This document shows positions 23,859 through 30,761 of a DNA stretch of 32,000 nt, piece by piece; position 1 is the first letter of the stretch; each line of letters starts with the position of its first letter. Under the pieces are notes generated by a model that saw only the letters and a list, made by a program, of their open reading frames with translations, was not told the origin of the DNA and made no database searches. Source of the DNA: Victivallaceae bacterium (GTDB taxonomy: Bacteria > Verrucomicrobiota > Lentisphaeria > Victivallales > Victivallaceae); the NCBI GenBank assembly GCA_045587205.1, contig JAZNBV010000035.1, positions 3,372 to 35,371 of the forward strand, read 5' to 3'. Position numbers and translations under genes: made by a program.

Positions 23859-23909
23859 AAAACTCCCTTTCTGATTGAAAAAATAACTTTTCAACAGAAA
23901 AGGAGTTTT
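23859..23909 (-). promoter_or_regulatory. Long AU-rich imperfect hairpin covering the SD of the 145-aa gene (translational control element or atypical terminator)
   Basis: About 21 bp of pairing: 23859-23866 with 23902-23909, 23868-23873 with 23895-23900, and 23875-23881 with 23888-23894. There is one C/A mismatch (23867/23901), one bulged A (23874) and a 6-nt loop. The arm nearest the ATG contains the SD (complement of 23863-23869). Confidence 0.35.
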
Positions 23910-24006
23910 GTCAACTTTATCCGCAGCCATCCCATAACATTTTACCGGGAACGATTCATTCCCGATATGGGCGGTTTATTGAAATAAACAGTTTTTCTTA
24001 AACTTA

Positions 24007-24465
24007 TCACCGCAAATCCTTGCGGAAAGTGTAATGTTTGTTTTCCGGATTCAACGGAGTCGGTGCATCCTTACAGCCGATTTCTGTAAAACCGCACTTG
24101 CGGTAGAATCCGGGCGCCTGAAAAGTGTTGGTGGTCAAAGTTATATTTTCAGCATTGCCGGCAACAGCCGTTTCAACCAGTTCATCGATAACTTTGTATC
24201 CCCAGCCCTGCCCCCGCAACGCATCATCAATGAAGAAGTAATCTACATAAATGCGGCGCGGATCATTTTCCCAATGAAAAGCTATCCCGCCGTAAAAGTT
24301 CCCTTCATCATCAATAATGACCAGTGCGGCGCTTTCCGGAAGTTCTTTTGCCTTGACATCAGCTGATCTCTCAAAACCGGTAAGATTGAGGTTATAACTG
24401 TACAACGCATCGTGAATAGCGGAAATGTGCGGATATTCTTTTGTAAAAACAATTCTGCAATTCAT
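24007..24465 (-). CDS. GNAT family N-acetyltransferase
   Basis: 152 aa with a true ATG at 24465. The acetyl-CoA motif A is LRGQGWGYKVIDELVETA. The gene starts 2 nt after the MFS gene stop. Confidence 0.8.
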   Translation of the reverse strand: MNCRIVFTKEYPHISAIHDALYSYNLNLTGFERSADVKAKELPESAALVIIDDEGNFYGGIAFHWENDPRRIYVDYFFIDDALRGQGWGYKVIDELVETAVAGNAENITLTTNTFQAPGFYRKCGFTEIGCKDAPTPLNPENKHYTFRKDLR

Positions 24466-24467
24466 TT

Positions 24468-25775
24468 TTACAACTCTCCTTTTGATTCTGAATCCTGTTT
24501 ACAAATATTTTTTCCGTATGTTTCTTTCAATTTGAATGTGCCCGCCAGAGCAACAACGGAAATTATCAGAGAGAGAATAAATATCGCTTCATAACTTGAC
24601 ACCGGATAGATCCGTGCATTCTCCGTAATCACGACTTTCCCCCTGCCGAAAAATTCCATAAGATATCCGGCAAGATTACCGACAACCGCTACGCCAAGAT
24701 ATGCCACGCAATTTATCACACTGGTACCGCTGCCGGTATATTGAGAAGGAGTATATTCGCGTACCAGCGAATTACTGATTGAAGAAAAACCCGCCGATGC
24801 AGCAATAAACAGCATAACAGCAAAAAAGTAAGCCGTTCCGGCATTTATCTGCAAACCGATCAGCCCCATCAGAGTACCAATCACAGCAACAGTAAAAGAA
24901 CCGATCATAAAGGGTTTCCGTACATTGCCCCAGCGGGTACTCAAATAACCGTTCAGAAAATTCATTCCACCGGAAACAACCACCATCAGCGAAAGACACG
25001 CGCCGGCAACTGCCGGAGCCGTTCCGCAAACATCTTCCAGCACCTTTTTGCCAACAATCGCAAGCATCAGGTAATAAACCGTATATCCCACCCCGCCGGA
25101 AATCAGCAGCCAACGGTTATCGCTGCTGGCAAGCACTATCCAGAACGGTTTCAGAGAAATACGTTCTTTCCGGATCTCCGGCAATTTTATATGCTTGCGG
25201 CAGTATATAAATCCAATATATGCCAGCAAACTCAATACTGCAACCAGTATAAGTACTTTCCGCCACGATATTACTGCAACAGCTTTGCTCAAAGGCAGCC
25301 CGCCGAAAATACTTCCGCTATATCCCAGCAGAATTATCGCTCCCAGCAGAGCGGTGAATTTTTCCGGATAAAGCCGGTCGAGTTCTTTAACTATGGCCAA
25401 ATAAATACCTCCGGCACCCAATCCGACCAGTACCCGGCTGAAAAGCAGTATCCCCAGATTTCCGCAAAGTGGCGAAATCATCGACCCGGCAACAAACAGC
25501 AGACCGCTGACGATTATCACCCGGACGCCGCCGAATTTATCAGTTGCCAACCCTGCCAACAGCTGTGTAGCAGCATAAACATACATAAAAGCGGCGCTGA
25601 TAAGCGTCACCTGACCGGCGGTGGCATTGAACGAACTCTGCAATTCATTGAAGATCGTTCCGGGAATGGCTGACCGCTGAAAATTGACAAAAAAGTAAAC
25701 AATAACCGCAGTTGCCATCAGCCAGAAATTCCACCTGGCAAGATTGCTGACCGCTTTTCCGTTTGCAATATCCAT
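24468..25775 (-). CDS. MFS transporter
   Basis: 435 aa with about 12 hydrophobic helices in a 6+6 layout and a central basic loop (RKHIKLPEIRKER). The loop motif LATDKFGGVRV is MFS-like (D-R/K-x-G-R-R/K). True ATG at 25775. Confidence 0.8.
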   Translation of the reverse strand: MDIANGKAVSNLARWNFWLMATAVIVYFFVNFQRSAIPGTIFNELQSSFNATAGQVTLISAAFMYVYAATQLLAGLATDKFGGVRVIIVSGLLFVAGSMISPLCGNLGILLFSRVLVGLGAGGIYLAIVKELDRLYPEKFTALLGAIILLGYSGSIFGGLPLSKAVAVISWRKVLILVAVLSLLAYIGFIYCRKHIKLPEIRKERISLKPFWIVLASSDNRWLLISGGVGYTVYYLMLAIVGKKVLEDVCGTAPAVAGACLSLMVVVSGGMNFLNGYLSTRWGNVRKPFMIGSFTVAVIGTLMGLIGLQINAGTAYFFAVMLFIAASAGFSSISNSLVREYTPSQYTGSGTSVINCVAYLGVAVVGNLAGYLMEFFGRGKVVITENARIYPVSSYEAIFILSLIISVVALAGTFKLKETYGKNICKQDSESKGEL

Positions 25776-25790
25776 ATTGACCTGTATCCT

Positions 25791-25831
25791 TAAAAGTTGA
25801 AATCCTCCGGAATAAATACTATACCGGAGGA
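25791..25831 (-). terminator. Candidate terminator after pyrB
   Basis: An 8-bp stem, TCCTCCGG (25803-25810) with CCGGAGGA (25824-25831), and a 13-nt loop. On the minus strand it is followed by TTTCAACTTTTA. It lies 29 nt after the pyrB stop. Confidence 0.5.
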
Positions 25832-25859
25832 ATATTTTTACCGATTGCCAGTCTGAAAC

Positions 25860-26795
25860 TTATTTTTTAAGGCAGCCAGCCACCAGGAACAATACCGCCA
25901 TACGCACCGCCAGACCGTTGGTCACCTGTTCAAGGATCACCGAACGGCTGCCATCAGCCAATTCGCTGGAAAGTTCCACGTCACGATTGATCGGGCCGGG
26001 ATGCATAATAAGCGCATCTTTCTTGAGGAAACGCGCCGTCTGACTGTTGAGTCCGAAAAACCGTGCATATTCTCCGGTGCTGGGAAAGAATCCGCTTTCC
26101 TGTCTTTCGCGCTGGATACGCAGCATATTTACCACATCCGCGTCGCAAATTGCTTCTTCCAGATTGTGACAAACCCGGACTCCCACTGATTCAAACTCTT
26201 TCGGAGTCAGAGTCGAGGGCCCGACCAGAGTAACTTCCGCCCCCAGTTTGAGCAAGCCCCAGAGATTGCTGCGCGCCACCCGGCTGTGCATAATATCGCC
26301 AACGATCGCCACTTTCAAACCTTTGATGCGTCCCTTGTGTTCGCGGATGGTGAACAAATCCAGCAGCGCCTGGGTCGGATGGCTGTGGGCACCGTCACCG
26401 GCGTTGACCACCCCTGCCCCTACGCGCTGTGCCACAAAATTTGCAGCTCCGGGCACCGGATGGCGCATCACCAGCAAATCAACATTCAGCGCTTCAATAT
26501 TGCGTACTGTATCAAGCAGAGATTCGCCTTTGGTCAAACTGCTGGTACTCGCTGTAACATTGACAATATCTGCGCTCAAACGCTGTTCGGCAAGCTCAAA
26601 GGATACCCGGGTACGGGTACTTGGTTCAAAAAAGAAATTCACCACGGTTTTGCCGCGCAGTGCAGGAACCTTCTTGACTTTGCGGTCGGAAACCTTTTTA
26701 AACTCCGCCGCAGTATCCAGAATAAACTCTATCTCCTGCGCCTCCAGGTCATAAAGGCTCAACAAATCTTTGCGCGTCCACTGAAAAGCACTCAT
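25860..26795 (-). CDS. pyrB: Aspartate carbamoyltransferase catalytic subunit
   Basis: It carries the STRTRVSFE, HPTQALLD and MHPGPINR motifs. Start is ATG 26795 (MSAFQW...) or GTG 26804; I chose the ATG. The gene follows pyrR after 19 nt (10 nt if GTG 26804 is used). Confidence 0.9.
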   Translation of the reverse strand: MSAFQWTRKDLLSLYDLEAQEIEFILDTAAEFKKVSDRKVKKVPALRGKTVVNFFFEPSTRTRVSFELAEQRLSADIVNVTASTSSLTKGESLLDTVRNIEALNVDLLVMRHPVPGAANFVAQRVGAGVVNAGDGAHSHPTQALLDLFTIREHKGRIKGLKVAIVGDIMHSRVARSNLWGLLKLGAEVTLVGPSTLTPKEFESVGVRVCHNLEEAICDADVVNMLRIQRERQESGFFPSTGEYARFFGLNSQTARFLKKDALIMHPGPINRDVELSSELADGSRSVILEQVTNGLAVRMAVLFLVAGCLKK

Positions 26796-26814
26796 AAATC
26801 CCACACTTTCTTAT

Positions 26815-27372
26815 TTATTCAGCACGGCGTTTCCACTCAACTTCGTAAACGCCGTCATTGCCATCTTCTTCATTGAATTCAACCAGTATCTTACGCCCGG
26901 CATCGCACTTTATGCTCCAACCGACATAATCAGCACGGATCGGATACTCCACTCCGCCGCGATCGACCAGCACCGCCAGACGGATCAGCGCCGGGCGACC
27001 GTAATCGGTAACAGCATCCAACGCCGCGCGGATCGTACGCCCGGTGGACAAAACATCATCGACCAGAATCAACTGCGCGCCGTCAACATCAAAAGGGATC
27101 TCCGTTTCCCGGATCAGCGGCAATGCAGTACGCTGACCGAAATCATCGCGGTACATAGATATATCCAATGTACCGAACTGCAGCTGGACCCCGGTGCGCT
27201 GACGGATAACTTCCGCTATCCGCGATGCCAAAGGTACTCCTGCTTTGTAAAGCCCCACCAGAGCCACATTCTGCAAATCCCCGGCAGAAAATTCACTGAT
27301 TATAGAGTCAGCTATCAAGCCGACTGCCTGTGCCATCTCTCCGGCATTGCGTAATAATTTGCGATTATTCAA
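26815..27372 (-). CDS. pyrR: Bifunctional pyrimidine operon regulator / uracil phosphoribosyltransferase PyrR
   Basis: The PRPP loop is QLILVDDVLSTGRTIRAALDAV, followed by LAVLVDRGGVEYPIRADYVG. I prefer TTG 27372, which has GGGGAGG 5 nt upstream and gives MNNRKLLRNAGEMAQ..., colinear with B. subtilis PyrR MNQKAVILDEQAI... The track start TTG 27411 has no SD. Confidence 0.85.
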   Translation of the reverse strand: MNNRKLLRNAGEMAQAVGLIADSIISEFSAGDLQNVALVGLYKAGVPLASRIAEVIRQRTGVQLQFGTLDISMYRDDFGQRTALPLIRETEIPFDVDGAQLILVDDVLSTGRTIRAALDAVTDYGRPALIRLAVLVDRGGVEYPIRADYVGWSIKCDAGRKILVEFNEEDGNDGVYEVEWKRRAE

Positions 27373-27478
27373 TTCGACCTCCCCGCAGACTTCAACTGCT
27401 GGTAAATTCAACTTTTTACATCCGGTTATAAAGTAACTCCAAAAATGAATTTTTCCACTCTGAAATCACATTTTCAAA
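27373..27478 (-). promoter_or_regulatory. pyrR-pyrB leader: candidate promoter and/or PyrR-binding stem-loop
   Basis: On the minus strand: TTGAAA (27477-27472), N17, AAAAAT (27454-27449). Alternatively, an imperfect hairpin spans 27441-27475 with a loop region UUUCAGAGUGGAA (CAGAGUGG at 27462-27455) resembling the PyrR-binding core UCCAGAGAGG. The two readings are mutually exclusive. Confidence 0.3.
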
Positions 27479-28879
27479 TCAATTTTTCACTTCTGCTGCA
27501 TTATCAGCCGTCTGAAGAAGATTTTCACTGCCATCTTCCGGCATATCATCACTCTGCAAGCGTCCGGGAAGTGCAAATTTTTTATTCATCTTCACGCCCA
27601 GCGCTTTGAGCTGTTCACCTTTTTTGACCACACTGTGTTTGCCGCCGGTGCCGCGCAAACGGTCAGTTGCCTTCTGATATGCTTCAAAGGTACTGTCCAG
27701 TTTTTTTCCGATGGAATCAAATTCATCATAAAACGCGTAAAGCCGTTCCATAAGTGAACTTGCCGTTTCGATTATCAACTGCTGATTGCGTTCCTGATCA
27801 AAGCGTTTCCACCCCAGATGGATCAACTGCAGCAGCGCCATCAGATTTACGGGGCTTACGATCAGCACTTTGCCGGCAAACGCTTCGTTCCACAACTTTA
27901 TATCGTGCCGCATTGCAAGTTCGTATGCGCCTTCGTTGGGCATAAACATAACCACAAAATCCACCGCCTCCTGTCTGGATTTCCTGATATACGCCGAATA
28001 ATTTTTGCGAACCAGTTCATTAACGTGGCTTTTTACACTCCTTATATGCCGCTGCAGCGCTTCATCGCGTTCGGAATTTTCTTCGCTGTTGACATAATCC
28101 ACATAAGCTGACAAACTTACTTTGCTGTCAACCACCACTACCTTGCCATCCGGGTAATTTACCAGCACATCCGGGCGCATAATGCTGTTGCTCTCTTCAT
28201 TACGCAAAGCGTTGCCTGAATCATCAGTCAATGTCACCTGCCGCTGATAATGCACATTTTCGATCAAACCGGAGGAACTCAATATCTCATCAAGAATCAT
28301 TTCGCCCCAGTTTCCCTGCAGTTTATTGTCACTGCGGAGGGCGCGCGCCAGCATACCGGCTTCTTCGCCCAACGCCTTGGAACTCTGCATAAGCATCTGG
28401 ATCTGTTCGGAGAGCCGCGCATTGGTTTCCAATGTCTGTTTGCGGGATAACTCGGCGTTGTTTTTAAATTCATCAAGTTTGGTTTTAAGTGGTGCCAGAA
28501 GGACTTCCAGCTGATTTTTACCGGATTTTTCAAAGGCTTCGCTCTTTTCCGAAAGGATTTTTTCAGCCAGCAACCTGAATTCGGCTTTCAACTGCTCGTA
28601 TTGAGCTTGAGCGGCCTCGCGCTGACTGTTTTTCTGACTGGCAAGCTGTTCATCAAAATTCTTTTTCTGACTGGCAAGCTGATTATCGAAACTCTTTTTC
28701 AGCTCATTCTGCTGACTTTGCCATAATTCTTTCTGTGCCAGAGAAGCTTCCTTTTCGCTGGCACGCGCTGCTTCACTGGCGGCCAGCAGAGTCTGCAATT
28801 TACTGCGTCCGGCAAAAAAACCTATTCCTCCGCCCAGCAACAGAGCCACCACGGCAATTATTACTGCTGCAACCAACAT
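27479..28879 (-). CDS. rmuC: DNA recombination protein RmuC
   Basis: 466 aa. It has an N-terminal TM (MLVAAVIIAVVALLLGGGIGFF) and a long coiled-coil. The RmuC core is RPDVLVNYPDGKVVVVDSKVSLSAY...FVVMFMPNEGAY...VLIVSP.NLMALL. Confidence 0.85.
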   Translation of the reverse strand: MLVAAVIIAVVALLLGGGIGFFAGRSKLQTLLAASEAARASEKEASLAQKELWQSQQNELKKSFDNQLASQKKNFDEQLASQKNSQREAAQAQYEQLKAEFRLLAEKILSEKSEAFEKSGKNQLEVLLAPLKTKLDEFKNNAELSRKQTLETNARLSEQIQMLMQSSKALGEEAGMLARALRSDNKLQGNWGEMILDEILSSSGLIENVHYQRQVTLTDDSGNALRNEESNSIMRPDVLVNYPDGKVVVVDSKVSLSAYVDYVNSEENSERDEALQRHIRSVKSHVNELVRKNYSAYIRKSRQEAVDFVVMFMPNEGAYELAMRHDIKLWNEAFAGKVLIVSPVNLMALLQLIHLGWKRFDQERNQQLIIETASSLMERLYAFYDEFDSIGKKLDSTFEAYQKATDRLRGTGGKHSVVKKGEQLKALGVKMNKKFALPGRLQSDDMPEDGSENLLQTADNAAEVKN

Positions 28880-28899
28880 TTTTCACCCGACTTTATCAA

Positions 28900-30063
28900 T
28901 TATTTCTTTGCCAGATATGCTTTGATCCAGCAATAGAGCGTATCGCCCATCTGGTAGTATCCGGCCTGCGCGGGATGTACACCGTTATTCTGGCGCAAAA
29001 CAGTTTTGGCGTTATCACTGTTGATCGGCTGGCACTCTTCGGGATAGTTGTTTTCCGTATCGATATTTATATAAACCGGTACGATATTATATTTCAACTC
29101 TTTGCTCTTTTTCAAAAGCGCACGGTTATAGAAATCCAGATTTTTCCGGTACTGCCAGCTGGTCTGACCGCAGGCGTAACTCTTGCCGAAACCATCCTGA
29201 TTGGAGCCGGGAATGTGCTGGAACACAAAAATTTCCGGCACCGGTTTGAGTTTGCGGAATTCAGCAATAAGTTTTTCCATATTGGCAATACTTTTGGCAG
29301 TGACTTCGGCAATATTTTCGTCTGTGCAAAGGAAAAAGTCATTCAACCCCAGCTGAAAACTCACGGCATCCGGAACTTTTCCGTTATTGTTGCGCTTGAA
29401 ATATTCATTAAGATCAAACACACCTTTGCCGTCTTTGCCGGCAAAAATAAACGGGCTGTTGAAACCTACCGGGCGATCCGGGTGCATACCATCCATCTTT
29501 CTGCTGCCGGAATATCCCCAGCGGGTCAGAAAAAATCCCCATCTCCAGCCGCCGTAGCCTTCGTGCTGACCGGGGTTCCCGCTTTTTGCGCGGGTGCCGA
29601 CCGTGGAAAACTCCGGATTACCGGGGCGGCTCATAAGCTGTACCATCCGGTTGGGGTAATGCCCGGCATTGGTCTGACTGGCGCCAATCATAAGCATCGA
29701 AAATTTTTTACCTGCTCCGGCATCCGGCGGCAGCACCACCAGTTTGCTTTGCGCTTCAGCAATCACGCCCGACTGACTGATAACTTTGATCGACCAGTTA
29801 TAGGTTCCGACATCTTTGGCTGTGGGGGTATAGCGCCAGCGTTTGAGATCGTTGCGGCCCTTGACGCAATCCACATCAAAAACGTAATTGGCGGGATTTA
29901 TCACCGTCACCACATTATTGAAATAGACATTCATCTCAACACCCGGAACCGCATAAATGGTTTCGGGAATAAGCAGCTTTACATCTTCCGCGGCACGGAC
30001 TGTTACGGCAAACACCGTAAGCAAAGTTAGAACATAAAGTTTGAAACAGACTGTTTTTTTCAT
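28900..30063 (-). CDS. Secreted SGNH/GDSL-family hydrolase with an N-terminal beta-sandwich domain
   Basis: Signal peptide MKKTVCFKLYVLTLLTVFAVTVRA. SGNH blocks: MLMIGASQTN (block I variant), QLGLNDFF (block III) and NGVHPAQAGYYQMGD (block V). Confidence 0.7.
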   Translation of the reverse strand: MKKTVCFKLYVLTLLTVFAVTVRAAEDVKLLIPETIYAVPGVEMNVYFNNVVTVINPANYVFDVDCVKGRNDLKRWRYTPTAKDVGTYNWSIKVISQSGVIAEAQSKLVVLPPDAGAGKKFSMLMIGASQTNAGHYPNRMVQLMSRPGNPEFSTVGTRAKSGNPGQHEGYGGWRWGFFLTRWGYSGSRKMDGMHPDRPVGFNSPFIFAGKDGKGVFDLNEYFKRNNNGKVPDAVSFQLGLNDFFLCTDENIAEVTAKSIANMEKLIAEFRKLKPVPEIFVFQHIPGSNQDGFGKSYACGQTSWQYRKNLDFYNRALLKKSKELKYNIVPVYINIDTENNYPEECQPINSDNAKTVLRQNNGVHPAQAGYYQMGDTLYCWIKAYLAKK

Positions 30064-30165
30064 AACCGGAAATCTCCCTTTGTTTTCTGTTATCTTTTAT
30101 AAGATAACACCAAAAGGATTTTTTTCCAATCTGCAGTCCAACAAAAAAGCACTCTTTTGCCGGAA

Positions 30166-30747
30166 TCAGGCAAGATCGCGGCGGACAACTATACTTCCCA
30201 GTTCGTCAAGAGTATAATTTTCAATTGTTCCGGGCTCTATGTGCAAATTGCTGCAGATATTTTTCCAGCGTTCAGCCATATCTTCAAAATACAGCCACGG
30301 CCGGAAACCGAAAGATAAATACATTTTCAATGCCGCCAGACGGTTGTCATCGGTTGCCAGACAGATGGTTTTGAATCCATTATCGGCAACAGTTTGCATT
30401 GCAGCGGCAGAAACCGCCGCACCAAGTTTTCTGCCGCGCATTTCCGGCAGTGCCATAACCCAGCCCAGACCGCCCTGCACACCGCATTCGCAATACTGCC
30501 CGCTGGCAGATGCGACCAATCGCCCGGATGCGCGTTCAAAAACACCTTTTATCCCACCGGGTAACAACCGCGGCCCGTAAATTTTCATATATTCAGCACC
30601 TTTTACTGAAAATCCGCACGCGGGGTGCAGCACAGAACCCCAAATACCTATTTCATCCTCCCGCAAACTGCGCACTTCAAACTCTTCCGGCAGCTGAATT
30701 GCCGGTATGGAACTGTTTTTTACATCAAAAAGCATCCGCAACTGCAT
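30166..30747 (-). CDS. GNAT family N-acetyltransferase
   Basis: Motif A is MRGRKLGAAVSAAAMQTV, and the C-terminal LKMYLSFGFRP is GNAT-like. The start is ambiguous: GTG 30756, ATG 30747 (chosen) or ATG 30735. Confidence 0.75.
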   Translation of the reverse strand: MQLRMLFDVKNSSIPAIQLPEEFEVRSLREDEIGIWGSVLHPACGFSVKGAEYMKIYGPRLLPGGIKGVFERASGRLVASASGQYCECGVQGGLGWVMALPEMRGRKLGAAVSAAAMQTVADNGFKTICLATDDNRLAALKMYLSFGFRPWLYFEDMAERWKNICSNLHIEPGTIENYTLDELGSIVVRRDLA

Positions 30748-30761
30748 ATAAAGCACCTCTT

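Noticed and set aside
23938-23964. A short hairpin CGGGAA-CGATTCA-TTCCCG (23946-23964) upstream of the two-gene cassette, and weak similarity between TTTTACAGGAAAACCG (about 23178) and TTTTACCGGGAACG (about 23940) as possible flanking direct repeats.
   Set aside because: The stem is only 6 bp with no U-run on either strand. The putative direct repeats need gaps and mismatches and are within chance expectation. This is not evidence for an insertion.
28631-28700. A 17-nt exact direct repeat (TTCTGACTGGCAAGCTG at 28632 and 28665, 33 nt apart) inside rmuC.
   Set aside because: It is in frame (11 codons) and encodes a duplicated FD(N/E)QLASQK(K/N) heptad-like unit within the RmuC coiled-coil. This is an ordinary coiled-coil duplication, not a regulatory or mobile repeat.
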